From contig JALSGO010000083.1 in NCBI GenBank assembly GCA_026982655.1, positions 30 to 64,029 on the forward strand: a DNA stretch of 64,000 bases, in the 5' to 3' direction. Origin of the DNA: Candidatus Bipolaricaulota bacterium. GTDB lineage: Bacteria > Bipolaricaulota > Bipolaricaulia > RBG-16-55-9. This document shows positions 52,628-61,681 of the stretch, in pieces. How positions within the stretch are numbered: the first letter of the stretch is position 1; each line of letters starts with the position of its first letter. A program made the translations under genes and the position numbers. The notes beneath the pieces are model-generated. The model was not told the DNA's origin and did no database searches. It saw only the letters and a list, made by a program, of their open reading frames with translations.

Positions 52628-55573
52628 ATGGCCCGAGGGCCGGACTTCCTGATACGTTGGCGCGTGCCGCTGCTGGTCGCCGTCCTGGTGGCCACCGCGC
52701 TCTTGGGCGCGGCGGTCATGGGAGCCAAGCTCAACGCCGACTTCTCCACGTATCTTTCCCAAGACAGCCCGCTCGTCCGGGAGTTCAACCGCGTCGGCGA
52801 GGTCTTCAAGGCCAACTACGTCGGCATGGTCCTCGTCCGGACCGAGGATCTGTTCACCCCCGAGAACCTCAGGCTGCTGGATCGCCTGACCCGAGCGTAT
52901 AAGTCCATCGAGGGCGTCGACTCGGTGACCAGCCTCACCAACGCCGTCGACTTCCGGCGGGCCGACGGCGGCCTGGTTGTGGGAAAACTCCTCGAGGGCA
53001 AGCCCCTCCCGACGGCGCCCGAGGAGCTGGAGAGGTTCAAGCGCTACGTGCTCTCCAAGGAGATGTACGTCGGCGCGTTGGTCAACGCCAAGGGCACCAC
53101 CGCCGTGATCCTGGTGCGCCTGCTTCCCAAGGTGAATCACTTCAAGGTCGCCGGGCAGATCGACCAAGTCACCCAGGAGATCGCGCCCAATGCAGAAAAC
53201 ATCTACTACGGCGGGATGCCCTTCCTCATCTACTCCATGACCGGGCTCATCCTCGACAACCTCTTCTTCCTGGTGCCGCTGATCATCCTGTTGCTCGTGG
53301 GGGTGCTGGAGCTGGGTTTCCGCCGCCTGGGCGGGGTGCTCGCCCCCCTGACCGTGGTGCTGCTCGCCGTGGTCTGGACGATGGGGATCCTGGCGCTCCT
53401 GGGCCGCCCGATCGACCTTCTGACCGGGATCGTCCCCATCATCCTCATCGCGATGGGCTCGGCGGACGGGATCCACTTCATGCGGCGCTTCTACGAGGCG
53501 CGGGCCGCCGGAGCCGAGCGCCGCGAGGCCGTGAAAATCACAATGAGGGAGATGGGCACGCCGATCGTCTTTACGTCCATCACGACCATGATCGGGTTCG
53601 CCTCGCTGGCCATCTCGAACTTCGACATCATCCGGACGTTCGGCTGGGCCACCGCGCTGGGGATCTTCCTGGCGCTGGTCGTCACCCTGATCGTGCTCCC
53701 CGCCGGACTGTCCTTTGGCCGGGAGCGGGCCTCCGTGCCTGCCGAGACGGACAACAGCGGGAGGCCGCGCAGCGTCCGGGGAGGGAGCCGGGCGATGGCC
53801 GCCCTGGGCGGGGGGATCCACCGGCGTCCGGGCGCGATCGCGCTCCTGACGGTGGGGGTGATCGCGCTGGCCGCGGTGGGGATCCCCCGCATCGTGGTGA
53901 ACGTGGACTGGTCGCTCTGTCTGGCACGGGGCAGCAAGCCGTACTTGGCGGAGATGCTGCTGCGCCGGGAGTTCGGCGGCTCCCTGCCCCTGCTCGTGTC
54001 CGTGAAGGGCGACGTCAAGGACCCGGCGACGCTGGAGACGATGCGGGCCGTGGAGCGCCACCTCGACGCGCTGCCCGAGGTGAGCGAGGCCGAGTCGATA
54101 GCGTCGGTGCTGGCGGAGATGAACTGGACGCTCAACGGGCGCTTCGCCGTGCCCACCGAGCGGGCTCAAGTCAACAACTTGTGGTTCCTGCTCCAGGGAC
54201 AAGACGTGCTCGATCAGATGGTCCGCTCGGACAACCAAGAGGCGCTGGTGCAGGCGAAGGTGGCCTCGCTGGGCACGGCGGTGATCAGCCGGGTGGTCGA
54301 GGACGTGAACGCCTTCTTGAGCCGCCTGCCCCAGAAGTTGGTCGTCGTGGACGCCGCCCAAGCGCCCCCGGATGCTCAACAGGCGCTGAGGGAACTCCAA
54401 GCTCAGCAAGTGAAAGAGGCTCTGGCTCAAGACCTGCGGGCCAAAGGCCTTTCGGTTGAACCCGCGGCGCTCGAAGCTGTTGTTGAGGCAGCGCAGAGCT
54501 GGACCCCCGGCGAACCCGACTACGCGGCGCTCGGCGAAGCCATTGAGAAATATTTGCTGAGCCCCGAGTCCGAGGTGCCGTTCGACGACCCTGCACAGGC
54601 CGCGACGATAGCCGAGTCGATCACCACAGCGCTCAGCGAGCGAGGCGGACGGCCATTGAGTGTCTCTGAGTTAGAAGCGTTGCTGCGCCCCCAGGTCGAG
54701 ACGTCCTACCCCGAGGACGTGGCCTGGCTGGCAGAGGCGTTAGTTTATCGCGTCGATGAGTTTTTAGATGCCCGTCGCGTGGAGGCGGCTTACGCGCAGC
54801 TGGCCGCCCAGCTGCCCCCGGAGGCGCGCTCCAACACGGATCTTGCGAAGAAGCTGCGCGGCGACCTTTGGGGGCTGACGACTGCGACGCTGGCGCTCGG
54901 TCCCCAGCAGTACGAGTCCCTGCAGGCCCAATATGGTCTGGACCTCGCGCGGACGGTGACCCTGGCCGCCGAGCCCTCGGGCCTAGCCCCGGTGCTGGAT
55001 CAGATGGAGAAGGAGCTGCTCCCCACCCAGATCGAGAGCACGGCGCTGGCCTTGTTGGCCGTGACGCTCTTGCTGATTTTGGTGTTCCGCTCGCTGCGGG
55101 CGGGGCTTTTGGGGATCGTCCCCGTGGGCCTGACCATTCTGGTCAATTTCGCAGTGTTAGGCTACTTCGGCATCGGCCTGGACTCGTTCACCGCGATGAT
55201 CGCCAGCATCACCATCGGCCTGGGGATCGACTACGCGATCCACTTCACCCACCGCTTCCGGAAGGAGTTCGAGCGCTCCGGCGACGAGCGGACGGCCCTC
55301 ATCACCACGTTGCAGACGACGGGCGTGGCGATCCTCATCAATTCGTTTTCGGTGGGCGCGGGGTTCGCCGTGCTGCTCTTGGCCGGCGGCCAGCACATCC
55401 GGCTCTTGGGAGGCCTTACGGCAATAGCGCTCCTGGTGAGCGCGCTCTTCACCCTGGTCGTGCTCCCGGCGCTCACGCTCTTGTGGAAGCCGCGCTACTT
55501 TCAGACCCCCGTCGTCGTGGAGCCGAAGCTGCGCCCTGAGCCCGAAGCCGAGAGGGGAGTTCAAAGCGCGTGA
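52628..55573 (+). CDS. RND-superfamily / MMPL-type exporter, paralog 2 (984 aa, enlarged periplasmic domain)
   Basis: Same N-terminal pattern and twin 6-TM bundles as paralog 1; ATG 52628 preferred over GTG 52619 (RBS AAGGGG). Confidence 0.8.
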   Translation: MARGPDFLIRWRVPLLVAVLVATALLGAAVMGAKLNADFSTYLSQDSPLVREFNRVGEVFKANYVGMVLVRTEDLFTPENLRLLDRLTRAYKSIEGVDSVTSLTNAVDFRRADGGLVVGKLLEGKPLPTAPEELERFKRYVLSKEMYVGALVNAKGTTAVILVRLLPKVNHFKVAGQIDQVTQEIAPNAENIYYGGMPFLIYSMTGLILDNLFFLVPLIILLLVGVLELGFRRLGGVLAPLTVVLLAVVWTMGILALLGRPIDLLTGIVPIILIAMGSADGIHFMRRFYEARAAGAERREAVKITMREMGTPIVFTSITTMIGFASLAISNFDIIRTFGWATALGIFLALVVTLIVLPAGLSFGRERASVPAETDNSGRPRSVRGGSRAMAALGGGIHRRPGAIALLTVGVIALAAVGIPRIVVNVDWSLCLARGSKPYLAEMLLRREFGGSLPLLVSVKGDVKDPATLETMRAVERHLDALPEVSEAESIASVLAEMNWTLNGRFAVPTERAQVNNLWFLLQGQDVLDQMVRSDNQEALVQAKVASLGTAVISRVVEDVNAFLSRLPQKLVVVDAAQAPPDAQQALRELQAQQVKEALAQDLRAKGLSVEPAALEAVVEAAQSWTPGEPDYAALGEAIEKYLLSPESEVPFDDPAQAATIAESITTALSERGGRPLSVSELEALLRPQVETSYPEDVAWLAEALVYRVDEFLDARRVEAAYAQLAAQLPPEARSNTDLAKKLRGDLWGLTTATLALGPQQYESLQAQYGLDLARTVTLAAEPSGLAPVLDQMEKELLPTQIESTALALLAVTLLLILVFRSLRAGLLGIVPVGLTILVNFAVLGYFGIGLDSFTAMIASITIGLGIDYAIHFTHRFRKEFERSGDERTALITTLQTTGVAILINSFSVGAGFAVLLLAGGQHIRLLGGLTAIALLVSALFTLVVLPALTLLWKPRYFQTPVVVEPKLRPEPEAERGVQSA

Positions 55574-55624
55574 GGAATTTCGTCGGGGAGAGAATATCCC
55601 GTACAATAACAGGAGGTTGTTCCC

Positions 55625-56407
55625 ATGAAGCGTAGTGGAAGTAGAACGAGAACGGTGATCCTCGGACTGACGGTGACGTTGCTCCTGGCGGTCGGCGCTT
55701 GGGCGATCACGGGCGACGAGGTGCTGCAGAGGTCTCAAGAGGCGATGCGGCCCGGCCAGGACGCGACGATCACGGAACGGATGACGATCGCCAAGCCCGA
55801 CGGCCAGACGGACGTGCTGGAGCTCAAGATGTACATGAAGGGGGAGAAGACGCTGATCCGCGTCCTCGCCCCGGAGGACTTCGCGGGCATTGGGCTGTTG
55901 ATCCTGCCCCAGGAGGACGGCGGCGAGGAGATCTGGCTCTATCTTCCGGCCTTCCGGGACGTGAAGCAGATCGTGGCCGAATCCTTGAGCGAGGGCTTCG
56001 TCGGCTCGGACTTCGCCTACGAAGATCTCACGGTGCGCTACACCTCCAAGTGGGACGTGACCTCCATGAGCGAGGAGGAAGGGCAATACGTCCTGACGCT
56101 GGCTCCCAAGCCCGAGGCCCAGCTCAGTTACAGCGGGGCGCGCATGTGGGTGGACCAGGAGACGTTCCTGCCCACGCGGGCGGAGTTCGACCGGGAGGGA
56201 GAGCTGCTCAAGGTGCTGACCCTCTCGGAAGTGCAGGACTTCCCCAGCGTCGCGGACCCCGAGACGAGCTACCCCACCCCGACGCGGATCGAGATGGCCA
56301 ACGTGAAGACGGGGAGCCGGACCCTCATCGAGCTTTTGGAGGTCGAGTACGACACCGGGCTCTCGGACGACTTCTTCACCGTACGCAACCTCAAGCGGGG
56401 CGAATAA
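55625..56407 (+). CDS. Outer-membrane lipoprotein-sorting (LolA-like) domain protein, partner of the preceding RND exporter
   Basis: Signal peptide; EEIWLYLPAFRDVKQI and GSDFAYEDL motifs shared with the paralog at 60626; possible TTCGTC-17-TACAAT promoter upstream. Confidence 0.65.
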   Translation: MKRSGSRTRTVILGLTVTLLLAVGAWAITGDEVLQRSQEAMRPGQDATITERMTIAKPDGQTDVLELKMYMKGEKTLIRVLAPEDFAGIGLLILPQEDGGEEIWLYLPAFRDVKQIVAESLSEGFVGSDFAYEDLTVRYTSKWDVTSMSEEEGQYVLTLAPKPEAQLSYSGARMWVDQETFLPTRAEFDREGELLKVLTLSEVQDFPSVADPETSYPTPTRIEMANVKTGSRTLIELLEVEYDTGLSDDFFTVRNLKRGE

Positions 56408-56460
56408 GACTGGACTGAGCTAAGATAGCCGTACACAAGCCGTAAAGGGAGAGGAGGGGG

Positions 56461-57798
56461 ATGGGAATGGCGCAAGCGACGGCGACGGCAGATCGCACGG
56501 AAGCCCAAGTGCGAGCGGTTTTAGACCGCCTGCTCGAGGCCATCCGCCCGAGGGAGTTCGCCGTGCGACTCTGGAACGGGGAGGTCATCGAGCCCGACCC
56601 CGGCCATCCGGCCCGCTTTACGCTCGTACTTAACCACCCGGGCGCGCTGGGGCGGATGCTCTGGCCGCCCTCGGACCTCACGATAGGAGAAGCCTACATC
56701 CGGGGGGACTTCGACGTCGAAGGAGATCTCATCGCCGCCTTCTCGCTGCGGGAGCACTTCACCCGCCCGCCGTTCCGCCTTACGGAGATGCTGCGCATGG
56801 TCCGCGTCCTGCGCCGAGCGGCCCGGACGGCCCCTCCCCTCCAGCCCGATCGAGGGCCCGCGCGCCTGCGCGGGGCGCGCCACTCCAAGGAGCGGGATCG
56901 GGCCGCCGTCCGCTACCACTACGACGTGGGCAACGACTTCTACGCCCTGTGGCTCGACCGCAACATGGTCTACTCCTGCGCGTATTTTGAGACGGGCACC
57001 GAAGATATTGACACAGCCCAGGAAGCCAAACTGGACTACATCTGCCGCAAGCTGCGCCTTCAGCCGGGAGAACGGCTGTTGGACATCGGCTGCGGCTGGG
57101 GCGGACTCCTGATGCACGCGGCCCAGCACTACGGCGTCGAGGCCGTCGGCATCACGCTAAGCCCCCCGCAAGCCGAATGGGCCCGGGAGCGCATCCGCGA
57201 GCGGGGGCTCGCCGACCGCTGCCGGGTGGAGGTCGCCGACTATCGCGACTTCGACGAGGGCCCCTTTGACAAGCTGGTGAGCGTCGGGATGTTCGAGCAC
57301 GTGGGCGCGAAGATGCTCCCCGTCTACTTCCAAAAGGCCTGGTCGCTGCTTAAGCCCGGCGGGGTTTTTCTCAATCATGGGATTACGCTGGGCCCGGGCC
57401 CGCGCGACGAGCCGAGCTGGTGGGGACGCACGCTCTTTAAGCAGGGGCTGTTCATCCAGCGATACGTCTTCCCCGACGGCGAGCTGGAGCCGATCCACGA
57501 GTCGCTCCAGGCCGCCGGTGAGGTGGGCTTTGAACTTAGGGATGTGGAGTCGCTGCGCGAGCACTACGCGCTCACCCTGCGCCGCTGGGTCCAGCGCCTG
57601 GAGGCCCGCCACGACGAGGCCGTCCGCGCCGCGGGCGAGGCCGTTTATCGCATCTGGCGACTGTTCATGGCCGGATCGGCGTATCACTTCGAGATCGGGA
57701 GGCTCAACGTCTACCAGGCGCTCTTCGTCAAGCCCGATCGCGGGCGGAGCGGTTTGCCTCTGACCCGAGCCGACTGGTATGCTCGCCCTAGTTCCTAG
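56461..57798 (+). CDS. cfa: Cyclopropane-fatty-acyl-phospholipid synthase family methyltransferase
   Basis: VGNDFYALWLDRNMVYSCAYF...LLDIGCGWGGL...SVGMFEHVG CFA-synthase signature. Confidence 0.85.
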   Translation: MGMAQATATADRTEAQVRAVLDRLLEAIRPREFAVRLWNGEVIEPDPGHPARFTLVLNHPGALGRMLWPPSDLTIGEAYIRGDFDVEGDLIAAFSLREHFTRPPFRLTEMLRMVRVLRRAARTAPPLQPDRGPARLRGARHSKERDRAAVRYHYDVGNDFYALWLDRNMVYSCAYFETGTEDIDTAQEAKLDYICRKLRLQPGERLLDIGCGWGGLLMHAAQHYGVEAVGITLSPPQAEWARERIRERGLADRCRVEVADYRDFDEGPFDKLVSVGMFEHVGAKMLPVYFQKAWSLLKPGGVFLNHGITLGPGPRDEPSWWGRTLFKQGLFIQRYVFPDGELEPIHESLQAAGEVGFELRDVESLREHYALTLRRWVQRLEARHDEAVRAAGEAVYRIWRLFMAGSAYHFEIGRLNVYQALFVKPDRGRSGLPLTRADWYARPSS

Positions 57799-57815
57799 GG
57801 AAAGGGGGTGATACG

Positions 57816-58022
57816 ATGAACGAGTCGTTCACCGATCCCGTCTGCGGGATGACGATCGATAAGAGCCAAGTCGCCGCGACCCTCGAGTACGGAGGGAAAA
57901 CGTACTACTTCTGCTCCCCCGGCTGCAAGGTCGCCTTCGAGCGCGAGCCCGAGAGGTATGCCGAGTCGGAGTCCAAGCCGGAGTCCTCGGAGGGGAGCGC
58001 TCCCGGGTCGTCCTCTCCTTGA
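57816..58022 (+). CDS. YHS (TRASH-like) domain small protein
   Basis: DPVCGMTIDKSQ...YYFCSPGCKVAFEREPERY, same domain as the N-terminus of the second CopA. Confidence 0.75.
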   Translation: MNESFTDPVCGMTIDKSQVAATLEYGGKTYYFCSPGCKVAFEREPERYAESESKPESSEGSAPGSSSP

Positions 58023-58060
58023 AGTTCACCCCTTGGATAAACGAGGGAGCGCGAAAGCCT

Positions 58061-58106
58061 CCCGGACCGGCGGGGACCGAGGGACATCCCTCCCCGCCGG
58101 TCCGGG
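58061..58106 (+). other. Strong GC-rich stem-loop: 16-bp perfect inverted repeat CCCGGACCGGCGGGGA ... TCCCCGCCGGTCCGGG
   Basis: Read from sequence; lies between the YHS gene and RND paralog 3; no U-tract. Confidence 0.6.
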
Positions 58107-58188
58107 GCCGAGGACGGACCCCGCCCTCTCCACAAGATCTCCACAGCTCTTTCACCGGGACTTCACACCCCCTCCCTAAGGTGTCCTC

Positions 58189-60585
58189 ATGTCGACGCGA
58201 TCGCTCAAGGAGGAGAATCCCTCGATCATGTACAAGAAATACGTGGAATGGGTGCTGAACCGCCCCAAACTCGTGCTCGCGCTGATCGCGCTGGTGACCC
58301 TGGGGTTCGCCGCGGGGCTCCCGCGCATCCAGACGGACACCGACCCCGAGAACATGCTCCGTCCCGACGCCCCCATCCGCGTCTACAACGACCAGGTCAA
58401 AGCTTGGTTCGACCTCCAAGACGTGCTCGTCTTAGGGATCGTCAACGACCAAGACCCCAACGGGGTCTTGAACGCCCAAACGCTGGGGAAGATCTACCGC
58501 ATCACCCAAGAGATCCTCAAGATCGAGGGCGTCGTCCGCCGCAACGTCTGGAGTTTTCCGACGACCAACCACATCCGGGTGCGGGGAGGCACCCTCGTCC
58601 AAGAGCGTTTGCTCAAGACCGATCGGCCCACGGATGCCGACATCGCCGCGCTCGCCCAGGCCCTCGACGGAAACCCCCTCTTCGAGCGCATTCTCATCTC
58701 GGACGACCGCACGTTGGCCGCCCTCTACATCCCCGTGGAGGACGACGTGGACGCGAAACCCATCACGGATCGCATTCAGGAGATCGTCCAAGCCGAGGGC
58801 GGGCCGGAGGAGTATTACCTCGGCGGACAGCGCGTCGCCGAGGACGTCTTCGGGGTGCTGATGTTCCAACAGATGCTGCTGCTCTCGCCCTTGGTGGCCC
58901 TCGTCATCTGGGTGGGCTTGTGGCTCATGTTTCGAAGGCTGCGCTTTGCGTTTGTCTTCTCCCCCTTGTTGATCGCCTTGGTCTCGGTGATCTGGACGAT
59001 GGGGCTCATGATCTGGCTCGGGATCCCCGTCCACATCATGAGCTCCATGGCCCCCGTGTTTCTGATGAGCATCGGCGTGGTCGACGGGATCCACATCCTC
59101 AGTGAGTTCGTCGATCAGTACCCTAAGAGCCGCAACCGCCGCCGAGCGATCCTCGACACCCTGGTGGCCCTCAAGCGGCCCCTGCTCTACACCTCGCTGA
59201 CCACCGCCGTCGGCTTTGCGTCTTTGTACTTCACGGACATCCCGCCCGTTAGGGTCTTCGGGGTGTTCGTGGCCTTCGGGATCCTGGCCGCCTGGGTGCT
59301 TACGATCACCATGGTCCCGGCGATCGTGATGGTCCTGCGCGAGCAGGATGCCAAGGAGCTCGCTGCCAAGGAGAACCGCCTGGCCCGCGGGCTCCAAGCC
59401 CTGGGACGCTTCAGCATCCGGCGCCGCCGGGCCGTGCTCGTCGGGGGCCTCCTCGCTTTGGCCGTCGCGGGCTTCGGGCTGACTCAAATTCACATCGACG
59501 ACAGCCCCGTCTGGTGGTTCAAGAAGGGCCAGCCCATCCGCGAGGCCACCGCTTTATTGAACGAGAAGCTGGGAGGGACTTCGCTCCTGTATGTCGTGCT
59601 CGAGGGGGAGAAGGGCACGATGAAAGAACCCGAGGTGCTGCGGTACCTCGAGGAACTCCAGCGGTATCTGGAAGAATCCCCGTTGGTGGGCAAGACGACC
59701 TCGCTGGCCGACGTCGTCAAACGCATCAACGAGGCCTGGAACGACGACGATCCTCGGTATCGCGTGATCCCCGACTCCCGCAGGGCCGTAGCTCAGTTCC
59801 TGCTGCTGTACCTCTCCTCGGGGGACCCCAGCGATCTACAAGACTTCGTGACCCATGGCACGGGCTACGACAAGGCCAACGTCATCGTACAGGTGAAGAG
59901 CCCCGGTTCGGCGGCCATGGAGCGGGTCGTAGCACGGGCGCAAGCCTTCGTAGAGGGGAATCCGCCGCCCCGGGGGGTGCGGGTGAGCTTCGCCGGGCCG
60001 GGGTACTTCAATGCGAAGTGGAACGAGGAGATGTTCCGCGGGATGATGCGCGCCGTGGCCGGGGCCACCCTCGTCGTGTGGTTGCTGCTGTCGCTCAACT
60101 TCCGCTCGATGCGTTGGGGGATCGTGGGGCTGCTCCCCTTAGGGTTTACGATCGTGTTCACCTACGGGATGCTGGCTTTGCTGGGGGTGCCCTTCACCAT
60201 GCCCATCGAGGTGATCTCGGCCCTCTCGCTGGGGATGGCCGTGGACTTCGCCATCCACTTCGTCCAACGCTTCCGCGAGCGCTACGCCGAGACTCAAGAC
60301 GTAGAGGGCTCCTTGAGGTGGACCATGGGCGGGCCCGGCGTGGCCATTTTGCGCAACGCCGTCATCCTGTTTGTGGGCTTTACGGTGCTGATCTTCGCGC
60401 CGCTTACGCCGTATATCACCGTGGGGGTCTTTATCGCGATCATCATGGCCCTAAGCTCGCTGACCACGCTCTTCTTCTTGCCCGCGCTCATACGGCAGTT
60501 TGCCCCCTGGCTGGTGGACCGGCCCGCGCGGGCGGCCGTCCCCGCGGCCGCTGAAGTGGAAGCGGAAGTGGAACCGAAAGCCTAA
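58189..60585 (+). CDS. RND-superfamily / MMPL-type exporter, paralog 3
   Basis: 798 aa; same architecture (...LPRIQTDTDPENMLRPDAPIRVYNDQVKAWF...). Confidence 0.8.
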   Translation: MSTRSLKEENPSIMYKKYVEWVLNRPKLVLALIALVTLGFAAGLPRIQTDTDPENMLRPDAPIRVYNDQVKAWFDLQDVLVLGIVNDQDPNGVLNAQTLGKIYRITQEILKIEGVVRRNVWSFPTTNHIRVRGGTLVQERLLKTDRPTDADIAALAQALDGNPLFERILISDDRTLAALYIPVEDDVDAKPITDRIQEIVQAEGGPEEYYLGGQRVAEDVFGVLMFQQMLLLSPLVALVIWVGLWLMFRRLRFAFVFSPLLIALVSVIWTMGLMIWLGIPVHIMSSMAPVFLMSIGVVDGIHILSEFVDQYPKSRNRRRAILDTLVALKRPLLYTSLTTAVGFASLYFTDIPPVRVFGVFVAFGILAAWVLTITMVPAIVMVLREQDAKELAAKENRLARGLQALGRFSIRRRRAVLVGGLLALAVAGFGLTQIHIDDSPVWWFKKGQPIREATALLNEKLGGTSLLYVVLEGEKGTMKEPEVLRYLEELQRYLEESPLVGKTTSLADVVKRINEAWNDDDPRYRVIPDSRRAVAQFLLLYLSSGDPSDLQDFVTHGTGYDKANVIVQVKSPGSAAMERVVARAQAFVEGNPPPRGVRVSFAGPGYFNAKWNEEMFRGMMRAVAGATLVVWLLLSLNFRSMRWGIVGLLPLGFTIVFTYGMLALLGVPFTMPIEVISALSLGMAVDFAIHFVQRFRERYAETQDVEGSLRWTMGGPGVAILRNAVILFVGFTVLIFAPLTPYITVGVFIAIIMALSSLTTLFFLPALIRQFAPWLVDRPARAAVPAAAEVEAEVEPKA

Positions 60586-60625
60586 TGGAGAGATTTTACA
60601 GAACCCCATAGGAGGTTGACCGACC

Positions 60626-61486
60626 ATGAGGCAGAGCACAAGCAACAGACTCCTCACGACCGGACGGACGTTGGGGCTCCTGGCCCTGGGGCTGCTCCTC
60701 ACGCTGGGGGCCTTCCCCGTGGTCCTCACGCAGGCCCAAGCGCAAGGTCCCTCGGCGGAGGAGATCATGCAACAGGCGAAGGACCGCTGGCAGGGCGAGG
60801 ATTTCACGTCGGCCGTGCGGCTTACGACCGCGGAGCCCGGCGGCGGGGAGACCGTCCTCGACGTCGACTTCAAGGCCAAGCTCATCGAGGAGAGCCGGGA
60901 CTCGGGTGCGTTCCGCTACAAGGTGTTGGCCCGCGTCACGGCCCCGGAGGACGTAGCGGGCTGGGCGGTCCTCATCTGGGAGCAGGAGTTCCCCACCCCG
61001 GACGACATCTGGCTCTACCTGCCGGCGCTCGAGTCCACGAAGAAGATCTCGCTGGAGAACTTCCGTAACCCGCTCTTTGGAAGCGAGTTCGTGTTCGAGG
61101 ACGTCATCGGGCGCGAGCCGGGGCTCGACACCCACGAACTCCTGCGGGAGGAGACCCTCAACGTCGGCGGCGAGGACCGCCCCGTCTGGGTGATTAAGAG
61201 CACGCCTCAGGACCCCGATCTGGCGGGCTTCGCCTACCGCATCACCTACGTGGACCGGGAGACGCTCTTGGAGCTCCGCATGGAGCTCTACAACGACACC
61301 GACGCGTTGATCAAGCTCTACCAAGCCGAGGAGGTGCGAGAGCTGCAGGGCATCCCCACGTGGGTTACGGCGACGGCGGAGAACCTCGAGACGGGTCGAG
61401 TCACCACCTTCGAGTTCCTCGAGCCGGTCTACAACACGGGCGTTCCGGACGAGATCTTCGACCCGGAGCGGTTGGGGCAGCCGTAA
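60626..61486 (+). CDS. Outer-membrane lipoprotein-sorting (LolA-like) domain protein, partner of RND paralog 3
   Basis: Signal peptide; DDIWLYLPALESTKKI and GSEFVFEDV motifs paralogous to the protein at 55625. Confidence 0.65.
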   Translation: MRQSTSNRLLTTGRTLGLLALGLLLTLGAFPVVLTQAQAQGPSAEEIMQQAKDRWQGEDFTSAVRLTTAEPGGGETVLDVDFKAKLIEESRDSGAFRYKVLARVTAPEDVAGWAVLIWEQEFPTPDDIWLYLPALESTKKISLENFRNPLFGSEFVFEDVIGREPGLDTHELLREETLNVGGEDRPVWVIKSTPQDPDLAGFAYRITYVDRETLLELRMELYNDTDALIKLYQAEEVRELQGIPTWVTATAENLETGRVTTFEFLEPVYNTGVPDEIFDPERLGQP

Positions 61487-61493
61487 CGGCTGC
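61477..61493 (+). terminator. Hairpin GCAGCCG-taa-CGGCTGC whose loop is the stop codon of the LolA-like gene
   Basis: 7-bp perfect stem, 3-nt loop; followed by AGGGGCTTGC and then the poly-G tract. Confidence 0.3.
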
Positions 61494-61502
61494 AGGGGCT
61501 TG

Positions 61503-61543
<41 letters not shown>

Positions 61544-61681
61544 GATCCCCCTTGCGTTGGGATCTCCCCCTTGCTATCGTGAACCTATGTCGTTACGGAG
61601 GGAAACGTTCATCGCGCTGCGTCCGCAACCGGGGCGCACCGAGACCCTGAGGCACAACTCTGAGGAGGAGGGGATGAGCCC

